Positions 37,153 through 47,577 of a stretch of 64,000 nt of DNA are shown here, in pieces. The stretch is from an uncultured delta proteobacterium (lineage in GTDB: Bacteria; Myxococcota_A; Polyangia; Fen-1088): the NCBI GenBank assembly GCA_963737265.1, contig CAVTRY010000011.1:128001-192000 (forward strand), given 5' to 3'. The position numbers and the translations under genes are program-made. A model generated the notes under the pieces. That model was not told the origin of the DNA. It did not search any database and was given only the letters and a program-made list of their open reading frames with translations. Numbering within the stretch: the stretch's first letter is position 1; the number at the start of each line of letters is the position of its first letter.

Positions 37153-38001
37153 GTGGAAATTTCGCTCGCCTATTCGGTCGATGCCGATGATGCATTCATG
37201 TTCCATGCGCTGGCCCGAGGCGCTGTCGATGCGCGCGGGCTCACCTTCGTTCATTGTCGAGGAGACACGGCCTGGCTGAACGAGCTTGCGCAGTCGGGCG
37301 GGGCGGATGTGGTGGCGATTTCCGCTGGCGCCTATCCGCGGGTGGCCGATAGGTATTTGCTGCTGCCCCATGGCGCGTCGGTGGGGCGTGGTTTTGGCCC
37401 GGTGGTGGTGGCGAAACGGCCTATGACGCTGGCCGATCTGGCCGGGCGACGCGTCGCCATCCCCGGTCTTTCCACGACCGCGTTTCTGGTGTTGCGCCTG
37501 ATGCAACCCGAGGTCGTGCCGGTCGTGGTGCCCATCGCCCCGTTTGCACGCGTCTTCGAAGCGCTCGAGCGTGGCGAGGTCGACGCCGCCCTGCTCATCC
37601 ACGAAGGCCGCCTGATCTACCAAAACCGTGGCTGCGTGCGCGTGGCCGAGCTCGGCGAGTGGTGGTTGCAGGAAACCGGGCTGCCCTTGCCCCTCGGCGT
37701 GAATGTGATCAGGCGCGCCTTGGGCGCGGCGACGGTCGGGCTGGTTTCGGACATCTTGCGTGAGGCCATCGCGTATGCCTTCAGCCACCGCGCCGAAGTA
37801 ATTCGCGCAATTGCCAGCGAGGTCCGGGGCGAGGCCGCCCTGGCGGAAACGGCATTGCTCGATCGTTACCTCGGCATGTACGCCAACGAAGACACCCGAG
37901 CCATGGCGCCGGACGTGCGCAACGCCATCGACGTGCTCTTCGCGCGGGCCGCACGAGCCGGCCTGATGCCGGCAGGCTGCCAAGTCGATTGGGCGCCGTA
38001 G
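37153..38001 (+). CDS. mqnD: 1,4-dihydroxy-6-naphthoate synthase (futalosine pathway)
   Basis: YSVDADDAFMFHAL, GFGPVVV, AIPGLSTTA, LIHEG, TGLPLPLG. Confidence 0.85.
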   Translation: MEISLAYSVDADDAFMFHALARGAVDARGLTFVHCRGDTAWLNELAQSGGADVVAISAGAYPRVADRYLLLPHGASVGRGFGPVVVAKRPMTLADLAGRRVAIPGLSTTAFLVLRLMQPEVVPVVVPIAPFARVFEALERGEVDAALLIHEGRLIYQNRGCVRVAELGEWWLQETGLPLPLGVNVIRRALGAATVGLVSDILREAIAYAFSHRAEVIRAIASEVRGEAALAETALLDRYLGMYANEDTRAMAPDVRNAIDVLFARAARAGLMPAGCQVDWAP

Positions 38002-38005
38002 CGGG

Positions 38006-38683
38006 CTATTTCGTCAGCACCGCCAGCGCCGCCTGGCACGCGGCCGCCGCAGCCTGCTTCGCGTGTCGTTGCCACTCGCGATGTCCGGCGGGTCCGACGT
38101 GATTGGCGATGCCCAGCACGGCGGCGAACGAAACCTTCGCGAGCGCGGCGGCGCGGGCGACGGCAAAGGCCTCCAGGTTTTCGAGCGCGCAGCCGGAGAG
38201 CTCGCCAGCGGCAGCGGCTGCTCTGGCGGTGGCGGTAATGCCGAGCGGGCACGCGACATCGGCGCGTGGAAGCCCGACAGTCTTTTGCAGTGTGCGAACA
38301 AGGGCAGCGGACGAGCTTGTCGCTTTCGGCAGAACCGCCGGCAGGAAGGCATGATGGCCGGGAAGGATCTCGGGCAGCAGCGCAATCTTGCCGGCGACGG
38401 CAGCCGTGCCGATTGCGAGCGCCGCCGTGAAATTCGGATAGACGCCAGCCGTCCCAATCAGCATGACCGCGTCCGGAGAATGCTCGGCGATGAGCCGGCT
38501 GGCACCGATCGCTGCTTCGACCAGGCCCACGCCGACGGATTTCAAGGTTACACGCGGTCGCAGGGCAGCCGGCAGCGCCGATTCGAGGTGCGCCAGCTCA
38601 GGCGGCCAAGCCGAGACGACCAGCCAGCGCCGGGATTGTTTTGAAGATGTGGTTCGTGTGCGAGGTCGGTGCATCTGTTCCAC
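38006..38683 (-). CDS. Nucleoside phosphorylase family, futalosine hydrolase (MqnB)-like
   Basis: GVGLVEAA, IGTAG, ENLEAFAVA, GIANHVG; adjacent to mqnD. Confidence 0.68.
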   Translation of the reverse strand: MEQMHRPRTRTTSSKQSRRWLVVSAWPPELAHLESALPAALRPRVTLKSVGVGLVEAAIGASRLIAEHSPDAVMLIGTAGVYPNFTAALAIGTAAVAGKIALLPEILPGHHAFLPAVLPKATSSSAALVRTLQKTVGLPRADVACPLGITATARAAAAAGELSGCALENLEAFAVARAAALAKVSFAAVLGIANHVGPAGHREWQRHAKQAAAAACQAALAVLTK

Positions 38684-38739
38684 AAGTGTTGCGTTTCAAG
38701 CCTCGCTGGTATATTGCCGGTTTCGAGCCGCAAGCGTCC

Positions 38740-39420
38740 ATGGCCCAACGGATCATCGTCATACCCGCCTTCAACGAGGAACGCACGATAGCCGAGGTCG
38801 TGCGCGGGGCGGTGAAAATTGCGGAGCGCGTGGTGGTCGTCGACGATGGCTCGCGCGATCGCACCGGGGCGCTCGCCAGGGAAGCCGGAGCGCTGGTGGT
38901 CCGGCACGCGGTCAACCGCGGCGTCGGCGCCGCCCTCGGCACCGGCATCGAGGCCGCGGTTTACTTGAACGCCGACGCCGTGGTCACCATGGATGCCGAC
39001 GGCCAGCATCTCGCCGAGGATGCCGCGCGCGTTTTTGAACGGCTGGCACGCGGCGATGTGGATTTCGTGATCGGCTCGCGCATGAAGAGGGGCGACCAGC
39101 CGGGCAACATGCCCGCCCACCGCGTGCTCTTCAACACCATTGGCAACCTGCTCACCTTCGCGCTCTTCGGCGTGTGGGTCAGCGACAGCCAAAGCGGCCT
39201 GCGCGGGCTTTCGCACCAGGCGGCTCGCACCATCGAGCTGCGTACCAACGGGATGGAATCGCTGTCCGAGTTCATCAAAGAGATGAAGGACAGGCGTTGG
39301 CGCTTCGACGAGGTTCCCATCAAGGCCGTCTACACCGATTATTCGCTGTCCAAGGGGCAGAACTTCTTCGTCGGCGTGAAGGTGGCCATCAAGCTCATCT
39401 TCAGGCGGTTCATCGGCTAG
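38740..39420 (+). CDS. GT2 glycosyltransferase (DPM1-like)
   Basis: IPAFNEE, VDDGSRD, NRGVG, MDADGQH, DSQSGLR. Confidence 0.92.
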   Translation: MAQRIIVIPAFNEERTIAEVVRGAVKIAERVVVVDDGSRDRTGALAREAGALVVRHAVNRGVGAALGTGIEAAVYLNADAVVTMDADGQHLAEDAARVFERLARGDVDFVIGSRMKRGDQPGNMPAHRVLFNTIGNLLTFALFGVWVSDSQSGLRGLSHQAARTIELRTNGMESLSEFIKEMKDRRWRFDEVPIKAVYTDYSLSKGQNFFVGVKVAIKLIFRRFIG

Positions 39421-39423
39421 TCC

Positions 39424-39807
39424 ATGCACGCCATCCAAATCGTTCTGACTTGTTTTGCGGTCTTTGCCGTTTCGCGCGTCTTGATCCGCTACCGGCGCGG
39501 CGGCCTACGCATGCTGCACCTCGGGCTGTGGTTGCTGTTCTGGGCGGGCGTCATTGTTGTGGCCTTGCGGCCCGAGACCACCAACCTGTTTGCCAACTGG
39601 CTCGGCGTCGGCCGCGGCGTCGACACCGCGATGTACCTGGCGCTGCTGATGATCTTCTATTTGCTCTTTCGCTCGTTCGGCAAGATCGAAGACCTCGACC
39701 GCCAGCTCACCCGCGTGGTGCGCGCGAACGCCCTTCGCGAAATGGAAACCGATTTGGCTGCTGTCCGGGATGGGGCGAAGCCGCCGGACAAGAGCGGCGT
39801 GGAGTAG
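39424..39807 (+). CDS. DUF2304 family membrane protein
   Basis: Three TMs, LGVGRGVD, C-terminal coiled coil; typical GT2 partner. Confidence 0.8.
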   Translation: MHAIQIVLTCFAVFAVSRVLIRYRRGGLRMLHLGLWLLFWAGVIVVALRPETTNLFANWLGVGRGVDTAMYLALLMIFYLLFRSFGKIEDLDRQLTRVVRANALREMETDLAAVRDGAKPPDKSGVE

Positions 39808-39840
39808 AGAGTGCGGGCGGGCGGACTTGGGTGGTGCTAG

Positions 39841-40866
39841 CTAGCGCAGGATTCCCTGCACGTCGCCAAGCATGGTTCCCGCGTCGGACGACAGCTTGAA
39901 CCAGCCGAGCGATCGTTCGCTGCGGGCGTAGAGCGTGTCCTTCGCGTCTTTCTCTACCGATGAGGCCACAGCGGCCACTTTCGCGATCTCGACAAAACCA
40001 AGGCGGCGGCCACGCGCGCTGTAGTCGATGCGCAGGTCGAGCTGGGGCGCTCCCTCGGCCGGAGCTTCGTCCTTGCCCAGCACCTCGACGGGCCAGACCG
40101 AGAAGATGCGGTCGTGCCAGGTTTTTGCCGCCGCGTCCGGCTTGTCGGGCGTGCCCGCCGCGGCCAAGCGCACGCCGTCTTCGCTATTGGAAATCAGGAA
40201 TTCGCGGCGAGTCGTTCCGCGCGTAACGACCATGCGGTCGGCATCTTCAAGTCGGAAAGTATGCACGCGGCGTTCGACCAGGAGTGACGTCGCGCTGGCG
40301 AAGTCCGACAAGAACGAACGCCCGACCACATAGACGCGACCGTCCTGCTCGTCGCGCAGGTAGGGCTCGCCGCCGCCGGGTGGAGCGGGCGCGATGGCGA
40401 AGGTTCGCTTGCCGTTGCGCAGGGTGAGCGAGATTCGCTTCTGTGAGGAGGCGAGTCCCAGATCCTTGAGCTTGTCGGCGGCGAGAACACCGAGGCCGCA
40501 GCTGGCGCGCAGGGGCGCGAAGCTGGCGAACAGCTTTTCCGCGGCGTCACTGCCGCGCACCACGCGGTCGGGTGTCTTGCTTCCCGCGGCGGCCGGCTCT
40601 TTCGCCCCAGCCGTCTTTTTTGCCTCCTCCTGCGGCGAAAGGTGCACCGAGATAAACGGTCCATTGTCGTCGGCGGCACGGCCGAGCTCGACCCAGGTGG
40701 ATTTTTCCTGGTCCGCGAAGCGCACGCCGACGAGCTCGCCCTTGCTCACGTCCACGACCACCACCTCGCCGGGGGCCAATTCGGCGTCGCGCTGCCAGGT
40801 GAAATACGCGGCGACGAGCGCAGCCAGCGCCAAGGCCCCCTGCACGGCGACTTGACGGTACGTCAT
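39841..40866 (-). CDS. DUF4340-like periplasmic protein of Gld-type ABC system
   Basis: N-terminal TM anchor, LKDLGL, YLR...VYVV; last gene of ABC operon. Confidence 0.65.
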   Translation of the reverse strand: MTYRQVAVQGALALAALVAAYFTWQRDAELAPGEVVVVDVSKGELVGVRFADQEKSTWVELGRAADDNGPFISVHLSPQEEAKKTAGAKEPAAAGSKTPDRVVRGSDAAEKLFASFAPLRASCGLGVLAADKLKDLGLASSQKRISLTLRNGKRTFAIAPAPPGGGEPYLRDEQDGRVYVVGRSFLSDFASATSLLVERRVHTFRLEDADRMVVTRGTTRREFLISNSEDGVRLAAAGTPDKPDAAAKTWHDRIFSVWPVEVLGKDEAPAEGAPQLDLRIDYSARGRRLGFVEIAKVAAVASSVEKDAKDTLYARSERSLGWFKLSSDAGTMLGDVQGILR

Positions 40867-42734
40867 GGCTTCACCTCTCGCCTCACCTGCACTTGGTTCC
40901 GCCTGCGTCGCTTGTGTGTGACGGCCCAGCCGGCGAGCAACACCAAGATCGGCGCCAGAAACACCGACGAGTAAAACCAAACTACATCTTGCTTGCGAGT
41001 GTGGCGCACGGGCACGTCTTCCTCGTTGTTGGCAATCCCCGACACCTCGGTTTCGCCTAGCAACCAGCGCACGGCATCCAGGGCCAGGATGGCGTTGGCG
41101 CGGTTGACGATGATGAGGTCGGACAGGGCGTCGGAGTCGCCCAGCACAAAGGCTCGGCCTTCTTCGCTTGGCCGATCTTTCTCGCCTGGCGTCGCCTTGG
41201 CCTTGCGCAAAGTGACCGCGGCGGCCACGGCGTAGGCCTTGCGCTGCTCGCTGCCAGGGTCGAATTCCAGGTTACCGTTCTTGTCGTCCCACGTGCCGGG
41301 GTCGGTATGAATGATGAGATCGACCGTCGGCGCCGGGCTCGGCAGGTCGGATGCTTTCGTGAGAGCGCCGGCCCCCGACATCACGATGGGCATCTGCGCC
41401 CCGAACGGCGCCAAGGTTGCCAGTGCGGCGTGACTTGCGTAGGTCGCGGGGGCGATTCCCATGCGGTCGGACTTTTGGTGCGTGCGCGCCCAGTAGATCC
41501 GATCGTTGGCCAGCGCGGTTTCAGAAAGCTCCAGGCCCAGCCCCTTTAGCACCGGTGCCGCTGCGGCCGCGGCATCGGGATCCGCGGCAACCAGCAAACG
41601 CCCACCGCGCTGGAAGTAGCGCAGCAGTGCCGCCGTTTCCTCGGCCAGCATGGGCCGTTGCGGGCCCACCAGCAACACCATGGCGGCATCGGCGGGAACT
41701 TCGTTGCCGAGGCCTTGCGCAAGGCCGAGGTCGCGCGTTTCCAGGTTTTGCGACTGGAGCAATTCGCGCAGGTGGCTGAGTGCGGCGCTTGGATCGCCAT
41801 CGCGGGGAGGCGTGAAGCCTTTTTCTTCGTGGCCTTGGACGCGATAGACGATGCGCTTGCCGTGCGAAAGGGTGAGGATGCGTTTGTGGACGTCCTGGTC
41901 GAGGGTGCGCAGCTTGGGCCGCGCGCTTTCGAGTTTGACAGGGATCTGCAGCTGCTCGTGCATGGTCCCGCGGGCGATGGCCACGGCGCCGTTGCTCGAA
42001 ACCCCCAGCGCCTTGGCCCGGCTGGGCTCGACCGCTTGGTCGAGCTGGGTGACGGTGACTTTCGCCGACGCGCGTTCGAGGTCGGCGAAATAGCTAGCTA
42101 GCTCCTCGGCCACTTCATTGCCGGGCGGATAGAACAAGGTCACTTCGACCGGCTTGTCGAGCGCGGCCACCAGCTTCTTGGTCGCCACGCTGGCGCGTGC
42201 GGTGCGGAAGAAGGAGAGGTCGGCCTTGATGTTGCGCTCGGCTGCCACGTAGGCGATGGCGAAGCAGAAAATGAGGGCGAATGAAATTCCCAACCCCGAT
42301 CTCATGGCGGCGTGCACGCGCCGGCTGTCGACCACCGGCGCGCGCGCCATGCCTGCCAGCGCAAGCTCGACCAACAACACCGGCAGCGTGCTTGCCAGCA
42401 TGACCGCGGGCCACAGCACCGACAGCGCGCCATCGATTTTTGGCGAGCTGACTTCCAGCGCACGGTGCCCGAACCAGGCGGGCAGGGTGTCGCGCGAGAA
42501 ATGCAGGGCGAGAGCCAAAAGTCCGAGTCCGTAGAGTAACGGCAGCACTCGCCCGACGGCTTGGCGTTTACCCTGGCGCAGCCCCAGCCCCACGGCCAGA
42601 GCAACGGCGGCGACACCAACAATCGTGGCGGTTGCACCGTTTCGCCCCGGCTCGAACACGCGCTCGCCGAGATAGACGGCGGCGAGGCCGGCGGCATAGC
42701 AGATGGACGGTGCCCTCTTGTGTGCTAGCGCCAT
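40863..42734 (-). CDS. GldG-like ABC transporter auxiliary component
   Basis: N-terminal TMs; TKKLVAALDKPVEV, QGHEE, VGPQRP, GGRLLV, GDSD; C-terminal TM. Confidence 0.8.
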   Translation of the reverse strand: MALAHKRAPSICYAAGLAAVYLGERVFEPGRNGATATIVGVAAVALAVGLGLRQGKRQAVGRVLPLLYGLGLLALALHFSRDTLPAWFGHRALEVSSPKIDGALSVLWPAVMLASTLPVLLVELALAGMARAPVVDSRRVHAAMRSGLGISFALIFCFAIAYVAAERNIKADLSFFRTARASVATKKLVAALDKPVEVTLFYPPGNEVAEELASYFADLERASAKVTVTQLDQAVEPSRAKALGVSSNGAVAIARGTMHEQLQIPVKLESARPKLRTLDQDVHKRILTLSHGKRIVYRVQGHEEKGFTPPRDGDPSAALSHLRELLQSQNLETRDLGLAQGLGNEVPADAAMVLLVGPQRPMLAEETAALLRYFQRGGRLLVAADPDAAAAAAPVLKGLGLELSETALANDRIYWARTHQKSDRMGIAPATYASHAALATLAPFGAQMPIVMSGAGALTKASDLPSPAPTVDLIIHTDPGTWDDKNGNLEFDPGSEQRKAYAVAAAVTLRKAKATPGEKDRPSEEGRAFVLGDSDALSDLIIVNRANAILALDAVRWLLGETEVSGIANNEEDVPVRHTRKQDVVWFYSSVFLAPILVLLAGWAVTHKRRRRNQVQVRREVKP

Positions 42735-43453
42735 CGTCGTGCCTCCAACACGCGGATGGAGATGAACAGCGCCGCGTAGCTGACCACGAGGTAGTAAACC
42801 ACGTCGCGCAGGTGGACGATGCCCGCCTGAAAGGGCGGAAAGTGCCGGCCCCACAGCGCGAGGGCAAGGAAGACTTCGTTGAGCGGCCGCTCGGTCACGC
42901 TGCCCAGCAGCCACACGATGACCATGCCCACGACCATGCCGCCCGAGATGATCGCAGCCAGAACCTGCGATCGCGCCAGCGCGGATCCGAGGGTGCCGAT
43001 GGCGAGCGCGGCGCTGCCGAGCAGAAGCAATCCGAGATAGCCGGCGGCGACGTGCCCGACCGAGAGCTTTCCGTTCACCAAGATGAGCAGCGGCATGAAC
43101 GAGCCCGCCAACGTCATCAGGGCGAGAAAGATGAGCGACGAGGCAAACTTGCCAAGCACGATTTCGCGCTCGCGCACCGGCGACGAGGCCAACAGAACCA
43201 TGGTCCCAGTTTGCCGCTCTTCCGCCAGCAGGCGCATGGACAGGAAGACCGAGGCGATCATGGTCGTGCCGCTTGAAAAATAGAAGAACTGGCTAAGCAC
43301 CTCGGTGGACAATCGGTCGTGCTGGCTGCCCAGGGCAAAGGCGTTGAAGAGGATGCCGTTCACGAGCAGCACGGCGGCGGCGATGACGTAGCCACTCATG
43401 GTGCGCAGGTAGGCGCCGAGCTCGCGCCGAGCGATGAGCCACGCGCCGGTCAT
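42725..43453 (-). CDS. ABC-2 type permease (GldF-like)
   Basis: IARRELGAY, MRLLAEERQTGT, IVLGKF; six TMs. Confidence 0.9.
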   Translation of the reverse strand: MTGAWLIARRELGAYLRTMSGYVIAAAVLLVNGILFNAFALGSQHDRLSTEVLSQFFYFSSGTTMIASVFLSMRLLAEERQTGTMVLLASSPVREREIVLGKFASSLIFLALMTLAGSFMPLLILVNGKLSVGHVAAGYLGLLLLGSAALAIGTLGSALARSQVLAAIISGGMVVGMVIVWLLGSVTERPLNEVFLALALWGRHFPPFQAGIVHLRDVVYYLVVSYAALFISIRVLEARRWR

Positions 43454-44421
43454 TGTGGATCTCCCGAGGGTCGCTCTCCCGACGGTCGGTCGCCCGATGT
43501 TGGATGGGTCAGGGTCATGAAAATGGACTCCAGGCGCGAGGTGCTCTTTTCCAGCCGCAGCAGATCGCAGCCGGCCGCGACCAGCATCCTTGCCACCTCG
43601 GGCCGAATGTCGGAGCTGGACGCGATTTCGAACACCGTGCCGGCCGCCGATGTGCTTCGGCTGTATGCGCGGGTCACGCCCGAAAGTTGGGCCAAGCGCT
43701 CGGCGATGCCGACGGGCTGGCCGCGTACTTCGGCTTCGATGATTCCGCCCTCGCCCATGGCGGTCGCGAGCTCGTCCTCGCTTCCTTGCCCCACCAGTTC
43801 GCCCGCTTGAATGACCAGCAGGCGATCGCAGGTTTGGCTGATCTCGGTGAGAAAGTGGCTAGAGATGAGCACGGTGTGCAGGCCGCGCAAGCCGTGCAGC
43901 AGGTTGCGCATCTCGATGATTTGTGCCGGATCGAGGCCGGCGGAGGGCTCGTCGAGAATGAGTAGCGCCGGTTTGTGAACGATGGCCTGGGCCACGCCCA
44001 CGCGCTGGCGATAGCCGTGCGACAGCTCGCCGATGACTTCGCGGTGCATGTCGCGCAGGGCGGTCTTTTCCTCGGCCTCGGCGACGCGAGCGGCGGCGTC
44101 GCGGCCGAGCACCTGGCGCAGTCGCGCCGCGAAGGTCAGGTAGGCGCCCACGGTCATCTCGGGATAGAGCGGCGGCGTGTCGGGCAGAAACCCGATTCTG
44201 CGGCGGATTTCGTAGGGATTTTCGCCGACATCGAGACCGTCCACGCGCACGGTTCCCGAGGTCGGGAGGAGCAGACAGCCGAGAATTCGCAGGGTCGTGG
44301 TCTTCCCCGCGCCGTTCAGCCCGAGGAATCCGACCACTTCGCCCTGGGCGATGGAGAAGGAGATCTCGCGGATGGCTGCCCGCTCGCCGAAGTATTTGGA
44401 CAGCTTATGCACTTCGATCAT
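43450..44421 (-). CDS. ABC transporter ATP-binding protein (GldA-like)
   Basis: GLNGAGKTT, LSHGYRQRVG, LILDEP, SSH. Confidence 0.93.
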   Translation of the reverse strand: MIEVHKLSKYFGERAAIREISFSIAQGEVVGFLGLNGAGKTTTLRILGCLLLPTSGTVRVDGLDVGENPYEIRRRIGFLPDTPPLYPEMTVGAYLTFAARLRQVLGRDAAARVAEAEEKTALRDMHREVIGELSHGYRQRVGVAQAIVHKPALLILDEPSAGLDPAQIIEMRNLLHGLRGLHTVLISSHFLTEISQTCDRLLVIQAGELVGQGSEDELATAMGEGGIIEAEVRGQPVGIAERLAQLSGVTRAYSRSTSAAGTVFEIASSSDIRPEVARMLVAAGCDLLRLEKSTSRLESIFMTLTHPTSGDRPSGERPSGDPQ

Positions 44422-44519
44422 GGCAGGGAAGTACAAGTACACAGCTTTGGCCCATCAATCAAGAGGCGGCAAACTGGGCGCGAACCCGGTACAATCAGCC
44501 CGTGGCGCGCGACCTCGGG

Positions 44520-45602
44520 ATGTCATGGCTAGCCTTGCTCGTCGTGGGCGGACTTGCCTGTGCCGACGTGGACGATCCGGCCGCGGGTGGCCAGCGCTCG
44601 GACGCAAGCGCCTCTCAGCTCGACGCGGATGATCGGGGCTTGTGCCATGTCGAGGCATCGGTCGCTCTCCTCCAGCCGAAGCAGGCAGATGTGCTGATTC
44701 TGCTCGATCGATCGGGCTCGATGGGCACGGCTTTTGGAGCCGACACACGCTACCAGGCCGTCACGGCGCTCCTGTCGGATATGGTCGCGAGCTATGCGAA
44801 CCACCTGCGTTTCGGGCTGCAGGAAATGCCAGGTAGCGAGATATGTGGACCACAGTCGGTCCCTGGCTGCTGCGTATCCCCGCCCTCGATCGTGACCGCG
44901 CCAAACAATGCCCAGGCGATACTGACGACCCTCGGTGTCGCGGGGACACTCGACGGGAACTCACCCACGGCGGCTGCGCTGCAGGCGGCGCACGCGTATT
45001 TCGCTGGCCTTGACGACGGCGTCGAGAATCGTTACGTCCTGCTGGCCACCGACGGAGCACCCAACTGCACGGTGACGGGGCAACTGATGAACGCCGACAC
45101 CTTGGACTCCCAGGGCACGCGTATCGCCGGCCCATGTTTCGATGCCTTGAAGGAAGTGGATGACCTGGTTGCCGACGGCGTGGACGTGATCGTGCTGGGC
45201 GTCGACTCCGATCTTGGCGATGACCTCGACGGACAGCTAGGCTGCCTCGATGCTCTGGGCCAGGCTGGTGGGGTTTCGGCGGGCAGTCCGGCGTTTTATG
45301 GCGTGAGCGACCCGCTGCCGTTGCAATTGAAGCTCGAACAAATCTTCGGTGGCGTCACGCGCGCGTCCTGCTCGTTGTCATTGCCATACGCCACGCCAAA
45401 TTCGAAACCTTTCGTCTTCCTTGACGGGCAAGAGATTCCGAGCGACCCGACTGGCCAGTCGGGTGACGGTTGGTTCCTCGACGCGACGCAAGTCCCACCC
45501 GCGGTTCACATCACTGGCGCGTACTGCTTCCAGATACAGCGTTTCGACGCCACGCAGATCCTGGCGCGCTACCAATGCGAGCCGGGGCCGCCATCCTACT
45601 AG
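44520..45602 (+). CDS. vWA-domain lipoprotein
   Basis: Lipobox GLAC; LLDRSGSM MIDAS; SPT; LATDGAPNC. Confidence 0.8.
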   Translation: MSWLALLVVGGLACADVDDPAAGGQRSDASASQLDADDRGLCHVEASVALLQPKQADVLILLDRSGSMGTAFGADTRYQAVTALLSDMVASYANHLRFGLQEMPGSEICGPQSVPGCCVSPPSIVTAPNNAQAILTTLGVAGTLDGNSPTAAALQAAHAYFAGLDDGVENRYVLLATDGAPNCTVTGQLMNADTLDSQGTRIAGPCFDALKEVDDLVADGVDVIVLGVDSDLGDDLDGQLGCLDALGQAGGVSAGSPAFYGVSDPLPLQLKLEQIFGGVTRASCSLSLPYATPNSKPFVFLDGQEIPSDPTGQSGDGWFLDATQVPPAVHITGAYCFQIQRFDATQILARYQCEPGPPSY

Positions 45603-45622
45603 CGTTGCGCGCCGCGCTCCTG

Positions 45623-47563
45623 TCACGGCTCCGCGAGACTGGCCAGGAACGAATGCAACTCGGCGGAGGACTTCTCCCAGTCTGCCATGCGCTTAGCCAG
45701 AAGCGAGTCGAGCTCGGGCTCCTTGTCGGCGAGCTCGTGCAGCTTCTTCCAGTCGCCGCCGTGATCCTCGCCGAGCTTCGCGCGCAAAGCCGCGAGCTCG
45801 CCCTCGACGCGCGCGATTTCCTCCTCCAGCGAGGCCACCAGGCGTTCGAGCCGGCGCTGCTGGCGCTCGCGGTCCTTTTTGGCCACGCGCACCGTTTCCG
45901 ACGACGACTGGGTTGGGCGCGGGGCGGGCGCGATCTCGACCGGTGGCTTGCTGGTCGCGGTCTGCTGGCGCCGATAGTCGCGCCAGTCGGAGTAGTTGCC
46001 GATGTGGGGCTCGAGGCCGTCGCCCGTGAACACGTAGAGCCGCTTGCAAATCCGATCGAGAAAGTAACGATCGTGGCTGATGACGACGAGAGTGCCCTCG
46101 AATCCGTCGAGGGCGCGCTCCAGCGTCTCGCGCGCGGGAATGTCGAGGTGGTTGGTGGGCTCGTCCATGACCAAGACGTTGCGCGGAAAGAGCAGCATCT
46201 TGGCCAGCGCCAGTCGACTGCGCTCGCCGCCGGAAAAGCCACGCACGGTGCGAAAACCGTCGTCGCCGAAAAAGCGAAACTTGGCCAAGTACTGGCGTAC
46301 GACTTCGGGCGAAAGATCGTTGCGAATGGCCTGGATTTCCTCGATGGCGGTGCGGTCTTCCGACAGCGAGCTGAGTTTTTGATCGAAGTAGCCCAGGCGC
46401 ACGCCAGCGCCGCGCTCGATGGTGCCGGCGAGTGGGGGCAGCTCGCCGACCAGGGTCTTGACCAGCGTGCTCTTGCCGCAGCCGTTCGGGCCCACGATGC
46501 CAACGCGATCGCCGCGGTAGATGTTGATTGTGACGTCGTTGAGAATGGGCTTGCCCGGATAGCCGACGGAAATCCGAGGCGCGCGGATGATCTCCTTGCC
46601 GCCTAAGTCGCCGCCGGTGGAAAAGCGCAGGGCGATCTTGCCCGCGAGCTGCCAATTGTCTTCGGGGCGCTCCAACCGGTCGAGTTTTTCCAGCATGCGG
46701 CGCCGGCTCTGCGCCTGTTTGGTATTCTGCCCGGCGAGGTTCTTGCGGATGAAGTTCTCGGTCTTCTCGACGTGTTCCTTCTGCCGCTCGTACTCGACGC
46801 GGGCGCGCTCCAGGCGGGCGTCGCGTTCCACCACGTACTTGTCGTAGGGATAGGCATAGCGGACGAATTCGCCGTCCTCGAGCTCGATGATTTCGCGACA
46901 GGTGCGCTGGATGAACGCCCGGTCGTGCGAGACCACCAAGAACGCGCCCGGATAGTCGCCAAGGTGCGCCTCCAGGCGCTCGATGGCGGCCAAGTCGAGG
47001 TGGTTGGTGGGCTCGTCGAGCAGAAGCAAGTCGGGCCGGCGCGCGAGCACCTTGGCCAGCTCCAGCCGGCCGCGTTCGCCGCCGGATAGCGTGGTCACGG
47101 AGCGGGACAGATCCGCCGTGGAGAGCCCGACCTCCTCGGTGAGCATGCGCACGCGGTTTTCGATGTCGTAGCCATTTTCGATGCGATAGCGTTCTTGCAG
47201 CTCGCCGTAGCGCCGAAGCTCGGCGGGATCCGCGGCGCCCAAGCGCGCTTCGAGCTGCGCCATCTCGTCGTGCATGGCACGCAGATGCGCGAAGGGCTCG
47301 AGCAGGGCATCGAGCACTGTGCCGTCGCCTGTTTGCTGCTGCGACTGTTCGAGGTAGGCCACGCTGGCGCGCCCGAGCACGCGCGCGTCGCCGGCGTCCG
47401 CCGCCAGCTTGCCGGCGAGAAGCTTGAGCACGGTGGACTTGCCGGTTCCGTTGGGACCGAGCAAGGCCAGCCGATCGCCGGGTCGGATGAGCAGGGACGC
47501 GCCGGTTAGGATCTCCTTGCCTGGAAAGGCAAAGTGAACGTCGGCGAACTGGGCAAGGGACAT
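45623..47563 (-). CDS. ABC-F family ATPase
   Basis: Two ABC domains (GPNGTGKST/LSGGE/DEPTNHLD and GPNGCGKST/FSGGE/DEPTNHLD), no TMs, C-terminal coiled coil. Confidence 0.95.
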   Translation of the reverse strand: MSLAQFADVHFAFPGKEILTGASLLIRPGDRLALLGPNGTGKSTVLKLLAGKLAADAGDARVLGRASVAYLEQSQQQTGDGTVLDALLEPFAHLRAMHDEMAQLEARLGAADPAELRRYGELQERYRIENGYDIENRVRMLTEEVGLSTADLSRSVTTLSGGERGRLELAKVLARRPDLLLLDEPTNHLDLAAIERLEAHLGDYPGAFLVVSHDRAFIQRTCREIIELEDGEFVRYAYPYDKYVVERDARLERARVEYERQKEHVEKTENFIRKNLAGQNTKQAQSRRRMLEKLDRLERPEDNWQLAGKIALRFSTGGDLGGKEIIRAPRISVGYPGKPILNDVTINIYRGDRVGIVGPNGCGKSTLVKTLVGELPPLAGTIERGAGVRLGYFDQKLSSLSEDRTAIEEIQAIRNDLSPEVVRQYLAKFRFFGDDGFRTVRGFSGGERSRLALAKMLLFPRNVLVMDEPTNHLDIPARETLERALDGFEGTLVVISHDRYFLDRICKRLYVFTGDGLEPHIGNYSDWRDYRRQQTATSKPPVEIAPAPRPTQSSSETVRVAKKDRERQQRRLERLVASLEEEIARVEGELAALRAKLGEDHGGDWKKLHELADKEPELDSLLAKRMADWEKSSAELHSFLASLAEP

Positions 47564-47577
47564 AAGAAGAATACTTT

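Noticed and set aside
38740-44421. GT2/DUF2304 and Gld-like ABC operon as a novel system
   Set aside because: Both are widespread, commonly seen arrangements
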